A stretch of DNA of 64,000 nucleotides, from positions 13,389 to 77,388 of the forward strand of contig CALLZK010000006.1 of NCBI GenBank assembly GCA_937858275.1. The letters are read 5' to 3'. Shown in pieces: positions 18,032-27,742 of the stretch. Made by a program: the position numbers and the translations under genes. The stretch is from an uncultured bacterium. Its GTDB lineage: Bacteria > Patescibacteriota > Minisyncoccia > Phycocordibacterales > JAACPR01. Every line of letters starts with the position of its first letter. Position 1 is the stretch's first letter. Below the pieces are notes generated by a model. It was not told the origin of the DNA, searched no databases, and saw only the letters and a program-made list of their open reading frames with translations.

Positions 18032-19123
18032 TTACCCTTTTGACAATACAATTTGCCATTCTTGAATGTTTCCGGAACGAAAACTACCAGCACAACACAA
18101 TAAATAATATTTCCACATTCTATAAAATTTATCGCCGTAAACATCTTTAAAAAGATGCCAATTTTTATCAAAATTATTAAACCAATTCATTAAAGTCAAA
18201 TCATAATAATGTCGGAAATTCTCCCAATGTTCTATAACAAATAAATTTTCTATAGAATCAACAAATTCTGTTTGTGAAGGCAAAGTTCCGTTGGGGAAAA
18301 TGTATCTATCAATCCACGGATCATATTTATAAAAACAAGTGTCATGAGTTCCAATGGTTTGAATTACAAATTTGCCACCTTTTTTCAAATTTTTGTGAGC
18401 GACTTCCATATATTTTCTAAAATTTTTTTGTCCAACCGCCTCAAACATTTCCACAGAAACTATAGCATCAAACTTCTCATCAACATCACGATAATCTTGA
18501 AATCTTATTTCGCAATCTAATCCAGAAACATTTTTTTGTGCATAATCTAGTTGTTCTTTTGAAATTGTTATTCCAACAGATTTTACTCCATATTTTTCGG
18601 TTGCAAATTTTACAAAACTACCCCAACCACAACCAATATCCAAAATTTTCATTCCAGGTTTCAAGTCTGCTTTTTTACAAATCAAGTCCATTTTTTCTTC
18701 CTGAGCATCATCTAAATTAGATGAATTTTTCCAATAACCAGAAGTGTAAACCATTCTTTTGTCTAACATTTTTTCATAAAAATCATTTCCAATATCATAA
18801 TGCTTTTTACCAACCTCCAAGGCACCTTTTTTTGTTTGTCTATTAAAAATTTTTGATTTTATTAATGTAAAAATTATTGACGGATTTATTAAATATTTAA
18901 TTTGATTTTTAATATTGGAAGATAGTAGTTTATTAAAAAACTCATCCAAACTTTGACATTCCCAATATCCTTCCATGTAAGATTCCCCAAGACCAATTGA
19001 TCTGTCAATCAATACTCTTTTATAAAAACGATTATCTGTAACAGTTATATCCCAAGGTCTATTACCACCAATTTTTATATCAGCTTTTTCTAAAAGATCT
19101 TTTATAAATTTTTCTTCTTTCAT
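18032..19123 (-). CDS. cfa: Cyclopropane-fatty-acyl-phospholipid synthase
   Basis: ILDIGCGWGSF SAM motif and the C-terminal YYLLCCAGSFRSG block typical of CFA synthases. Confidence 0.8.
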   Translation of the reverse strand: MKEEKFIKDLLEKADIKIGGNRPWDITVTDNRFYKRVLIDRSIGLGESYMEGYWECQSLDEFFNKLLSSNIKNQIKYLINPSIIFTLIKSKIFNRQTKKGALEVGKKHYDIGNDFYEKMLDKRMVYTSGYWKNSSNLDDAQEEKMDLICKKADLKPGMKILDIGCGWGSFVKFATEKYGVKSVGITISKEQLDYAQKNVSGLDCEIRFQDYRDVDEKFDAIVSVEMFEAVGQKNFRKYMEVAHKNLKKGGKFVIQTIGTHDTCFYKYDPWIDRYIFPNGTLPSQTEFVDSIENLFVIEHWENFRHYYDLTLMNWFNNFDKNWHLFKDVYGDKFYRMWKYYLLCCAGSFRSGNIQEWQIVLSKG

Positions 19124-19203
19124 AAATTAAATATTATAACAAAAAATAATAATTGCAAAATTTTGATTTTAAATAAATGTTTTTTTAAATAAATTCGTTT
19201 CAT

Positions 19204-19231
19204 TTGACAAAATATTATAAAGTTGTATTAT
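19204..19231 (+). promoter_or_regulatory. Sigma70-type promoter TTGACA-N16-TATTAT upstream of the 19291 ORF
   Basis: Read from sequence. Followed by a 5'UTR palindrome TTTCTCTGTGTAGAGAAA and SD AAGAGGAGAAGAGG. Confidence 0.5.
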
Positions 19232-19290
19232 ACAAAAAGTTTCTCTGTGTAGAGAAAAGTTAGTTCTTAAATAAAAGAGGAGAAGAGGTT

Positions 19291-19698
19291 ATGAGTTACT
19301 GCAACTGTCACGAGCAAATGTGCTATGAGGCACTTTTGCGAAGGGGCGAAAGGCTAAACAACAACATTTTGTCTCGCTATATCGGCGGACAAATCGTTGT
19401 AAACAGAAAAGTTCCCGGCACCAAAGGAACTCACCGAGTTGTTGGAAAAATCGAATCCATTTCCTTGGCCGGAATTGTGATCGAGGCTTCCTGCGACTGG
19501 GTCGCTCGAAAAAAACCGCTCGAAAAACTGTGGCGGAAAGATAATTCCACCGAAAATTTCGTCGAGGTGGAAATCAAGAAGGGCTGGACGACCATTTCTG
19601 ATGGTCGAATCAAAATCCCAACCTTATACGGTTGTGCGGTTTTGATACCGAAAGGATCGACCCTACTGATTGAGACCGGGGTCGACGAAATTAATTAA
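19291..19698 (+). CDS. Hypothetical protein with an N-terminal Cys cluster (CNCHEQMC); G+C well above flanks
   Basis: ORF with strong SD, consensus promoter and downstream terminator; compositionally foreign. Confidence 0.45.
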   Translation: MSYCNCHEQMCYEALLRRGERLNNNILSRYIGGQIVVNRKVPGTKGTHRVVGKIESISLAGIVIEASCDWVARKKPLEKLWRKDNSTENFVEVEIKKGWTTISDGRIKIPTLYGCAVLIPKGSTLLIETGVDEIN

Positions 19699-19731
19699 AT
19701 GGGGATGGAATAAAATATTCCCCAAAAAACA

Positions 19732-19775
19732 AAAATCGCTTGGTTCCACACCACCAAGCGATTTTATATTTATTT
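19732..19775. terminator. Bidirectional rho-independent terminator (AAAATCGCTTGGT / ACCAAGCGATTTT stem, 8-nt loop, T-runs on both sides)
   Basis: Perfect 13-bp inverted repeat between convergent genes. Confidence 0.7.
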
Positions 19776-19777
19776 TT

Positions 19778-20200
19778 TTATTCCAAAATTATTTCTTCAG
19801 TTTTTGAAATTTTTAAATCCAATCTAGCCAAAACATCAGGAACACCAACAAAACACTCTCCCTCGTCAAACAAAAAAGGAATTCCGACCACAGCAGGATC
19901 AATTCCACAATATTGCGAGACTGACATTAACTCACTAGAGTTATTTTTGTTTTTATAAATTTCTTTTTCTATAATTGAAATCTGATTTCTAATATCTCTT
20001 TCCTTAATTATTTCTTCAAGTTGAGCACATGCTGGGCAACCATCGCCATAATACAAAATAGTATTTTCTGCCAATTGCTCGATTTGAGAATCTGACAAAA
20101 TTACAAAATCTTGATTTTGTTTTTTATTAAACCAAAATACACCATAAATCAAAACAATTGCGGTAAGTAAAACTGAAATAATAACTATTTTTTTATCCAT
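19778..20200 (-). CDS. Membrane-anchored thioredoxin-fold protein (CPAC redox motif)
   Basis: N-terminal TM then YGDGCPACAQ CxxC motif. Confidence 0.5.
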   Translation of the reverse strand: MDKKIVIISVLLTAIVLIYGVFWFNKKQNQDFVILSDSQIEQLAENTILYYGDGCPACAQLEEIIKERDIRNQISIIEKEIYKNKNNSSELMSVSQYCGIDPAVVGIPFLFDEGECFVGVPDVLARLDLKISKTEEIILE

Positions 20201-20267
20201 AACAAATTTAATTTAAATAAATAATAAATTTTATATTAACATTTATAATCAAAAAAACCAATGGGTT

Positions 20268-22952
20268 TTATGCTTCTTGTCTTCGATAAAATATCCACTT
20301 AGCAAATTCAACAATAGAAACAGTTATAATAATCCAAACACAAATCGCAATAACCCAACCCAATCCAAGAGCTGTCGTTCCAAAAATACCATGCAAAAAC
20401 GGTGTATAAATAGTTATAGACAAAAGAATCAATCCGACAATAACTCCATATACCAAAAACTTATTAGAAAATATATTGTAAGAAAATATTGGCCGACTTA
20501 AACCTCTCAAAGAAAATGCCACAAACAATATATAAGAAGAAAAGCAGGCAAAAATAAATGTTTTAATTTTTAGCGGATCAAAATCTGTTTTATTCATCAA
20601 AAACCAATATGTAAAAAATAAAACCGAAGCATTAAATAATCCGATTGCAATAGTCAAAAACTTTACCTGATTATTAAAAACTTTTTTTTCTGTATGTTTT
20701 TTGGACACACCAAGATCTTGATATTTTTCATTATCAAAAGCAAATGCTACCGCTGGTAAACTACCGGTGAAAAAATTAACCCAGATAATCTGAACAGCAG
20801 TTAGCGGTAGAGCCAAATTCAATATCAAACTTCCACCAATTAAAATAACCTCATCTAAAGAATTTGACATCAAATAAACGAAAATTTTTCTAATGTTGCG
20901 AAGCATTAATTTTCCTTCTTCTATTGCAGAAACTATAGTTTCAAAATTATTATCCAACAAAACTAAATCGGACACACCTTTTGCAACATCTGTTCCTGAA
21001 CCAACTGCAATTCCTATATCTACCGCTTTTAAAGAAGGTGCATCATTTACACCATCACCTGTCATTGCAACGACTTCTCCCCTTTTTTGATATAGTTTTG
21101 CAATTCTCAACTTGTCTTCTGGTGTTACTCGAGCAAAAACTTTTACAAGATCGAGAGATTTCATTAATTCTTCATCAGACATTTGTCTAATTTCATCACC
21201 AGACAAGACTTCATTTTCACCGATTTTAAAACCAATATTTCGAGCAACAGCAGAAGCTGTTCCTTTCAAATCTCCAGTTGCCATAACAACTTTTACACCA
21301 TAATCTGTCATTTGTTTTATGGCCCCAGGAACAGTTTTTCTGATCGGATCATAAAATGCCAAAATCCCAACAAATGTAAGATCATCAACTTCTTCAAATT
21401 TTATATTTTTATGATTAAAATTTTCTGGAATATTTTTGACCGCAACTCCCAAAATTCTTTTACCTTCATTACTTAAATTTTCTAAATTTTGTAAGACCTG
21501 AAGATACTCGTTTTTATCCATTTTTGATTTTTTCAAAATAATATCTGGAGCACCAAGAAAAACAAAAGCTGGACCATTTTTTCTACCAGATATTTTTGTT
21601 TGTAAAGAAACATGACCAAGAGAAATTGAGAATTTATTTTTTGAATTAAACGGTAAAACAATTTCAAAATTACAATCTTTTTTAAAAGTTTTTATATCTA
21701 AATTATTTAAAGCAGAAGATTTTACAATATTTGACTCTAATGCATTTCCGTTTATTTTCCAATCATTTGGATTATCTTGCTCATTTTCAATCAAAACATC
21801 TGTATTCATAGACGATAATAACAAAATCTCTTTTTGTTCTAAAGAAAAATTACTAGAATCTTTTTTCTTAGAATTTATCAAATCAGCAGATAATAGATTT
21901 TCTAATGTAAAAATATCAACCAAACTCATTTTGGCTTCAGTGAGTGTTCCAGTCTTATCTGTCATAATTACAGATGTTGAACCAAGTGTTTCTGCAGCTG
22001 CCAAATTTCTCATAATTCCCTTTTTTTGAGCTAATCTCTGAACTCCAACCGCCAAAACTGCCGTCAATCCAATAGGTAAAGCCTCCGGAATAGCACCGAC
22101 AGCAACAGCTATCGACATTAAAAACATATCAAATATTGGTTCTCCTCTGTATATGCCCAAGGCAAAGACACCGGCCACAATAAAAGACAATGCAAAAGCG
22201 ATGACCCATGCCAATTTTGAAACTGCTTTTTGCAAAGGTGTTCTTTCTTGTTCTGTCTCTATAACCAAATCAGCAATTTTGCCAATTTCCGTATCCTTTC
22301 CAACCGCAACCACAATTACCGTCGCTTTTCCTTCTGTAACCAATGTTCCACCAAAAACCATATTTTTTCTATCTGCAACAAGTGTAGCTTCAGATAAAAC
22401 GGCAGAATCTTTTTGAACCGATAAAGATTCTCCTGTCAAAATAGATTCATCGACAGATAATTCGTTTTCAAAAATAACACGACAGTCAGCAGGAACACGA
22501 TCACCGCTTGAAAGATGAACAAGATCTCCAATAACAACATTATGAACATCAATTTCAATTTCTTTACCAGATCTAATTACTCTAGTTTTTTGTTGAATAT
22601 AAGATCTCAAATGAGCTAATGCATTTTCAGCTTTGTTTTCCTGATAAAAACCAAGTCCAGCATTTACAAAAATTGCCAAAAATATAATAAAAGCATCAAA
22701 CCACTCTTTTAAAAATAAAGTTGCGATACCGGCAATAATCAAAATAAAAATCAAAGGGCTTTTAAATTGAGATAATAGTATTTTAAATTTTGAGAACTTT
22801 TTGGCTTCACCAAAAACATTAAAACCAAATTTTTTTAATCTTTCTTCGGCTTGTTCATTTGAAATTCCAACAGATAAATCTGTTTGGAATATTTTGGCAA
22901 TTTCTTCTTTTTCTATTGACCAAAAAAAATTATTTTGCGGTTTTTCTTTCAT
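20268..22952 (-). CDS. P-type cation-transporting ATPase (P2-type, Ca2+/Mg2+-like)
   Basis: DKTGTLT phosphorylation site, TGES, MTGDGVNDAPSLK hinge, 10 TM. Confidence 0.85.
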   Translation of the reverse strand: MKEKPQNNFFWSIEKEEIAKIFQTDLSVGISNEQAEERLKKFGFNVFGEAKKFSKFKILLSQFKSPLIFILIIAGIATLFLKEWFDAFIIFLAIFVNAGLGFYQENKAENALAHLRSYIQQKTRVIRSGKEIEIDVHNVVIGDLVHLSSGDRVPADCRVIFENELSVDESILTGESLSVQKDSAVLSEATLVADRKNMVFGGTLVTEGKATVIVVAVGKDTEIGKIADLVIETEQERTPLQKAVSKLAWVIAFALSFIVAGVFALGIYRGEPIFDMFLMSIAVAVGAIPEALPIGLTAVLAVGVQRLAQKKGIMRNLAAAETLGSTSVIMTDKTGTLTEAKMSLVDIFTLENLLSADLINSKKKDSSNFSLEQKEILLLSSMNTDVLIENEQDNPNDWKINGNALESNIVKSSALNNLDIKTFKKDCNFEIVLPFNSKNKFSISLGHVSLQTKISGRKNGPAFVFLGAPDIILKKSKMDKNEYLQVLQNLENLSNEGKRILGVAVKNIPENFNHKNIKFEEVDDLTFVGILAFYDPIRKTVPGAIKQMTDYGVKVVMATGDLKGTASAVARNIGFKIGENEVLSGDEIRQMSDEELMKSLDLVKVFARVTPEDKLRIAKLYQKRGEVVAMTGDGVNDAPSLKAVDIGIAVGSGTDVAKGVSDLVLLDNNFETIVSAIEEGKLMLRNIRKIFVYLMSNSLDEVILIGGSLILNLALPLTAVQIIWVNFFTGSLPAVAFAFDNEKYQDLGVSKKHTEKKVFNNQVKFLTIAIGLFNASVLFFTYWFLMNKTDFDPLKIKTFIFACFSSYILFVAFSLRGLSRPIFSYNIFSNKFLVYGVIVGLILLSITIYTPFLHGIFGTTALGLGWVIAICVWIIITVSIVEFAKWIFYRRQEA

Positions 22953-23007
22953 TTTAAAAATGTTTATTATTATAAATTTAAATTAATAAATATGTTATTA
23001 TGATAAC

Positions 23008-23616
23008 ATGAAAAATAAAGGTTTTACACTTTTAGAAATTTTAATTGTAATTGCAATATTAACAATCTTATTTGCGATTATTACAATATATCTAAATCCA
23101 CCATATATATTTTCAAAATCATATGATTCGCAAAGATTAACAGATTCAAATACTTTAGAAAAAGCAATTCAACAATACTTTATAGATCACAAAAACTATT
23201 CTGATCTTGATATTTCGAAAGAAAATCAAGAAATATGCGACACTGGTTTTATTGAAAATAATCTTGAAAAACAAATAAAACAAAATGGTAATTGTCTAGG
23301 TTTTTTGAATATGACCAAACTAGTTCCGACATATTTGGCTGGAATTCCCACAGAACCACTTTATTTAAAAAATAAAATATATCACAAACCAAATTTAGAA
23401 ATTGGAAATCTGATAATTGGCGGAAACGGATATTATGTCAAACTTGAAAACAATGTTCCTGTTGTAACCCCTAAATATTTAGGTAAAACTATTTTAGACA
23501 ATTTAATTGAAAAAAGATTAATAACAGACATAAAACCAGACATTTTACTGATAATAATTGCGATTTTAATTATTTTAACTTTATCAACATATTTAGTCTG
23601 GAAAAATAAAAAGTAA
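23008..23616 (+). CDS. Type IV pilin-like protein (prepilin N-terminal methylation domain) with an unusual C-terminal TM segment
   Basis: MKNKGFTLLEILIVIAIL class III signal; C-terminal ILLIIIAILIILTLSTYLVW. Confidence 0.55.
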   Translation: MKNKGFTLLEILIVIAILTILFAIITIYLNPPYIFSKSYDSQRLTDSNTLEKAIQQYFIDHKNYSDLDISKENQEICDTGFIENNLEKQIKQNGNCLGFLNMTKLVPTYLAGIPTEPLYLKNKIYHKPNLEIGNLIIGGNGYYVKLENNVPVVTPKYLGKTILDNLIEKRLITDIKPDILLIIIAILIILTLSTYLVWKNKK

Positions 23617-23678
23617 TTCAGAAGTTATCATCATCAACGGCAACTGCATTTCTCTAGGGAATTTGTAGTAAAGATGTT

Positions 23679-23706
23679 TTGACAAAAATATTAAATATGT
23701 TATAAT
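23679..23706 (+). promoter_or_regulatory. Consensus sigma70 promoter TTGACA-N16-(TGT)TATAAT driving the lipoprotein gene
   Basis: Exact -35 and -10 consensus hexamers with an extended -10 TG. Confidence 0.6.
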
Positions 23707-23798
23707 ATAACAGATTCCAAAAACCTGTTTTGTTTTTGGATGTTAAATAGTACCTTAAAAAAGTTGCCGACTTTATTCGGCAGAAAGGGAGAGGAAAG

Positions 23799-24179
23799 AT
23801 GAAGAAATGGTATTTTTTAGTTTTGGGTCTTTTGTTCTGTAGCATTCTTCTCGGCTGCAAAGACGAGAAGAATTATTATACAGTGGTGCAAGAAACACCA
23901 CCAGCAAAACCGGCTTCGAAGCCAAAACCGAAGCCGGCCACCCCATCCACACAGGATCGCGACCACCATGTCGCAAACAATCATGTGGAAGCACCATGGG
24001 GCGATGCCACCACCCAGATTCATGGCGGTATCAGGATGTTCCGGTATGAGCCAGGCTCACCGGAACAAAAAGCCGGCAAGGTTGGCTTCCGGAGTATTAC
24101 CCACTCCGACCAAAAAGGGGTAACCATCATCCATTATATGAATGATGGTTCGTACACCGAGAAGGTGTTGCGATTGTAG
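23799..24179 (+). CDS. Lipoprotein (signal peptide + lipobox LLGC), Pro/Lys-rich linker; G+C far above flanks
   Basis: MKKWYFLVLGLLFCSILLGC lipobox; SD GGGAGAGGAAAG; ~50% G+C by eye. Confidence 0.55.
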   Translation: MKKWYFLVLGLLFCSILLGCKDEKNYYTVVQETPPAKPASKPKPKPATPSTQDRDHHVANNHVEAPWGDATTQIHGGIRMFRYEPGSPEQKAGKVGFRSITHSDQKGVTIIHYMNDGSYTEKVLRL

Positions 24180-24238
24180 CTTTTCACCAGTAGTGAAAAG
24201 CCAAAAGCGTGTCCCAAATACAAGACACGCTTTTTTTA
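24179..24238 (+). terminator. Tandem hairpins (GCTTTTCAC/GTGAAAAGC, then AAAGCGTGTC/GACACGCTTT + T7)
   Basis: Inverted repeats followed by TTTTTTT directly after the lipoprotein stop. Confidence 0.7.
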
Positions 24239-24270
24239 TTTAATTTATTTTAAAAATTTTAATTTAATTA

Positions 24271-24630
24271 TTAGTGTTCTGGCAATCTACCATTATCTTT
24301 AAAATACAAAACATCTTGAATTGTAATATTTAAAATATTTCCCTTAATTCTATGATGTGTATAAAACTCATCAGAATCTTCTATGTCTTTATAGTATCTA
24401 GAAAGTGACTCGTCGCCATCTTTTGCCCAATCAAACATAATTTGATTTCTAAAATCACCAGATTCTAAGTTTAATTTTTCTGGTGTATCAGCATAAATAA
24501 TTCTGGCATAATCAGCGACCAATCTCATTTGATTTTCAATCCTATTTTGTGGAACAATTTTGCCCAACATAATACCTAAATGTCTTTGATGCATTTGTTC
24601 TCTGCTCAATGTAATTTTTTCGGTTTTCAT
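24271..24630 (-). CDS. Hypothetical protein downstream of guaC
   Basis: ORF only. Confidence 0.35.
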   Translation of the reverse strand: MKTEKITLSREQMHQRHLGIMLGKIVPQNRIENQMRLVADYARIIYADTPEKLNLESGDFRNQIMFDWAKDGDESLSRYYKDIEDSDEFYTHHRIKGNILNITIQDVLYFKDNGRLPEH

Positions 24631-24647
24631 AAAAAAATTATAACAAA

Positions 24648-25718
24648 TTATTGACCCGTATCATATTGTTCCAAATATGTCGTTAGCTGTCTGTTTGTTT
24701 TTATAAAAGTAGCTCTTTTTGGAAATTCTTTTAGTTGTCTTGCTCCAATATATGTGGCTGTACTCCTAAGAGAACCGAGTAAATCTTGAATGAAGAATTT
24801 TATTTCTCCCTTGTAAGGAATCAAGGCATATCTACCCTCACTTGCCCTATGAGAATCTTTTTTACCATACAATTCAGACATAGCCTTGTTTGAAGATGAG
24901 CCAAAATATTCTTTGTATTTTTGACCATTTTTTTCTACTAACTCCCCGTCACTTTCCGCAAAACCTGAAAATAAAGACCCACACATATTAAAATCAGCAC
25001 CGCCGCAAAAAGCTTTGGCAATATCGGAAATATATTGTTGACCACCATCGGCTATTATTCTACCGACACCCCTATCATTAGCGACACCATGTGCAGCATC
25101 GGCACATTCTATGACCGCAGATAATTGAGGATATCCGACCCCGGTCATTCTTCTTGTTGTGCATGCAGAACCCGGACCAATTCCAATTTTTACAATGTCT
25201 GCTCCGGCCAAAATTATTTCTTCTGTCATTTCATTAGTTACAACATTTCCAGCAATAATAATATGCTTTGGAAACATTTCTCTTATCATTTTTACACTTT
25301 CCAAAAATCTTTGAAGATATCCATTTGGAACATCAATGCAAATAAAAGAAAAATTTTCCATTAGTTTTGCTTTTTTCATTTTTTTAATTTTTTCTATATC
25401 TTCTTCTCTTATCCCAAGTGTGTAGCAAACATAATCTGGATTATCAAATTTTTTAAAAAATTTTTTGTAATCATCAACAGAATAATATTTGTGAAATGTT
25501 GTGATTATTTTGTATTTTGATAATTCTTCTGCCATACCAAAAGTACCGCAAGTTGCCATGTTGGCAGTCATTATTGGTAATCCGGTCCATTTTTTTGGAG
25601 AATGATAAAAAGAAAAAGTTCTTTCTAAAACAACATCTTTTCTTGATCTAAGAGTGCTTCTTTTTGGTCTCAATAAAACATCATGATAATCTAATTTTAT
25701 ATGTTCATCTATTCTCAT
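24648..25718 (-). CDS. guaC: GMP reductase
   Basis: N-terminus MRIDEHIKLDYHDVLLRPKRSTLRSRKDV is near-identical in pattern to E. coli GuaC. GIGPGSACTTR catalytic loop; no CBS pair. Confidence 0.8.
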   Translation of the reverse strand: MRIDEHIKLDYHDVLLRPKRSTLRSRKDVVLERTFSFYHSPKKWTGLPIMTANMATCGTFGMAEELSKYKIITTFHKYYSVDDYKKFFKKFDNPDYVCYTLGIREEDIEKIKKMKKAKLMENFSFICIDVPNGYLQRFLESVKMIREMFPKHIIIAGNVVTNEMTEEIILAGADIVKIGIGPGSACTTRRMTGVGYPQLSAVIECADAAHGVANDRGVGRIIADGGQQYISDIAKAFCGGADFNMCGSLFSGFAESDGELVEKNGQKYKEYFGSSSNKAMSELYGKKDSHRASEGRYALIPYKGEIKFFIQDLLGSLRSTATYIGARQLKEFPKRATFIKTNRQLTTYLEQYDTGQ

Positions 25719-25751
25719 AGATTATCAATTTTAACACAGAAATCAGAAAAT

Positions 25752-26453
25752 TTATACAAATTTGCTTTTATTCAAAATTTCTTCTTTTTCTATTAAACCC
25801 TCAGAAAGTCGAATTATTCTATCTGTTTCAGCACCATATTCTTCTTCGTGAGTCACCATAATTATTGTTTGACCTTTTTTATTTAATTTTTTTAAAATAT
25901 CAATTACAATTCTGGCTGAAACAGAATCAAGATTTGCGGTCGGCTCATCGCTAAAAATGATTTTTGGTTCATCAACAATTGCTCTTGCGATAGAAACTCT
26001 TTGTTGCTCTCCTCCAGATAATTGACTTGGTAAATTACTAGAATGATGCCTCAAATCAAGTTCATTCAAAATTTCCTCTGATTTTTTGAAAGCTTCTTTT
26101 GGTTCAACTCCTCGCATCAAAAGTGGCAATGAAACATTTTCCACTGCGGTCAATTCTGGAACTAGAGCATAATCTTGAAAAACATATCCAAGATATTCCA
26201 ATCTAAAATTAGTTTTTTGTTTATTTGATAATTTCAAAACATCAACTCCGTCTATATTTAAATTACCAGATGTGGGATCGTCTAACAAACTCAGTTGATA
26301 CATGAGTGTACTTTTTCCTGCTCCAGATCTACCCATAATCGACAAAAATTCACCTTCTCGAACAGATAAATCAACACCTCTCAAAACCGGTGTTTCTATT
26401 TCACCATTTTTGAAAGTTTTTATTATTTTATTAGCTTGTATAATTGTTTTCAT
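25752..26453 (-). CDS. ABC transporter ATP-binding protein (MacB/LolD-type)
   Basis: GRSGAGKST Walker A, LSGGEQQRVSIARA signature, Walker B. Confidence 0.85.
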   Translation of the reverse strand: MKTIIQANKIIKTFKNGEIETPVLRGVDLSVREGEFLSIMGRSGAGKSTLMYQLSLLDDPTSGNLNIDGVDVLKLSNKQKTNFRLEYLGYVFQDYALVPELTAVENVSLPLLMRGVEPKEAFKKSEEILNELDLRHHSSNLPSQLSGGEQQRVSIARAIVDEPKIIFSDEPTANLDSVSARIVIDILKKLNKKGQTIIMVTHEEEYGAETDRIIRLSEGLIEKEEILNKSKFV

Positions 26454-26467
26454 TTTTTTATTAAAAA

Positions 26468-27742
26468 TTATTTTCTACCAAGTATTGAATCTAATGTATT
26501 TTTGGCAATAATTATTCTTGCGGGAATATATCCAGCCAAAGCAGTCACAATAATCAAAATCATAACTCTGATAGTTGTAATTCCGTACGGAGCAACCAAA
26601 ATTCCATCACTAAATGGGAAATTTATTGGATTTTTATCAAAATAAGGGATGAGCAATCCGTATACCAAAACTAATCCAAAAATAGAACCGATGATTGCAT
26701 AAATTAGAGATTGGAATACATAAGCCATTTCAAGAACCTTTCCGTCGACTCCAATTGCTTTCATAATTCCAATATATTTTCTACGAGTAATTGCATTTAT
26801 AAAAATCACAATAAAAACAGTTATAGCAGCAACAGTCAATCCAATTGAACTAATTATTGTACCAAGCAAAGTAAAAGTTCTTTTTATATCAAGTAGAAAT
26901 TTTGGTTGAGCATCTTCAAAAGTTTGAATTTGAGCGAATTGATCCAAACCATTATTAATCAAAATATCTCTAACCCTGTCCGGTGTTGTTGAACTATCAG
27001 TCACAATAGATATTTCACCAACATTTAAATCGCTTCTGCCGATCATAGATCTAAGTTGAGTATCATTCATAAAAATTCTTCTGTCGGTTTCGTCAACTTT
27101 GCCTTTTGTAATACCCTTTACGGTCATTTCTCTGACACTATCTCCTATTTTTATTCTAATTTTTGAACCAATTTCAACATTTCTAAGAACCAAAAATCCT
27201 GGTGATGTAATATCCAAATATTTTTCTAACAAAAAAGCTCCCAAAACAACCTGATCAAAATCGTCTGACTCTATAAATTCACCTTCTATAATCAAATCTT
27301 GTATGTTGGTAACCGCATTTTCATTTTCGGGATTTACACCAACAATAATTGTACCAACTTCTTCTGGTACATCATCAAAATTTGTTCTTGATTGATAATT
27401 TGATTCTACCCTACCAGAAACCAAATATCTGGCAGAATATGCTTTGATACCTGGAGTATTTTCAATATTAGCAATAATACTTCGACTGTTTAAAATAGAA
27501 TTATTTTCTTTTAATTTTGAAATTATAATATCGCCTGTATAATATTTTTTATTTGCATTTACCGAACCTTCAATCAGGCCAACCAAAAGACCTGACACGA
27601 CCACCAAATTCAAAAAGGTCAAAATCATAATAATAACTATCAAAACATTGGTCCAAATAGAGGCCCTTTTTATTTGTCTTGAACCCAAAAACCAGGCTAC
27701 TTTTATATTTTTTAAATCAATCATTTTATTGTGGCACAACAA
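26468..27742 (-). CDS. ABC transporter permease, FtsX/MacB family
   Basis: N-terminal TM, large periplasmic domain, C-terminal 3-TM FtsX domain. Confidence 0.7.
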   Translation of the reverse strand: MLCHNKMIDLKNIKVAWFLGSRQIKRASIWTNVLIVIIMILTFLNLVVVSGLLVGLIEGSVNANKKYYTGDIIISKLKENNSILNSRSIIANIENTPGIKAYSARYLVSGRVESNYQSRTNFDDVPEEVGTIIVGVNPENENAVTNIQDLIIEGEFIESDDFDQVVLGAFLLEKYLDITSPGFLVLRNVEIGSKIRIKIGDSVREMTVKGITKGKVDETDRRIFMNDTQLRSMIGRSDLNVGEISIVTDSSTTPDRVRDILINNGLDQFAQIQTFEDAQPKFLLDIKRTFTLLGTIISSIGLTVAAITVFIVIFINAITRRKYIGIMKAIGVDGKVLEMAYVFQSLIYAIIGSIFGLVLVYGLLIPYFDKNPINFPFSDGILVAPYGITTIRVMILIIVTALAGYIPARIIIAKNTLDSILGRK

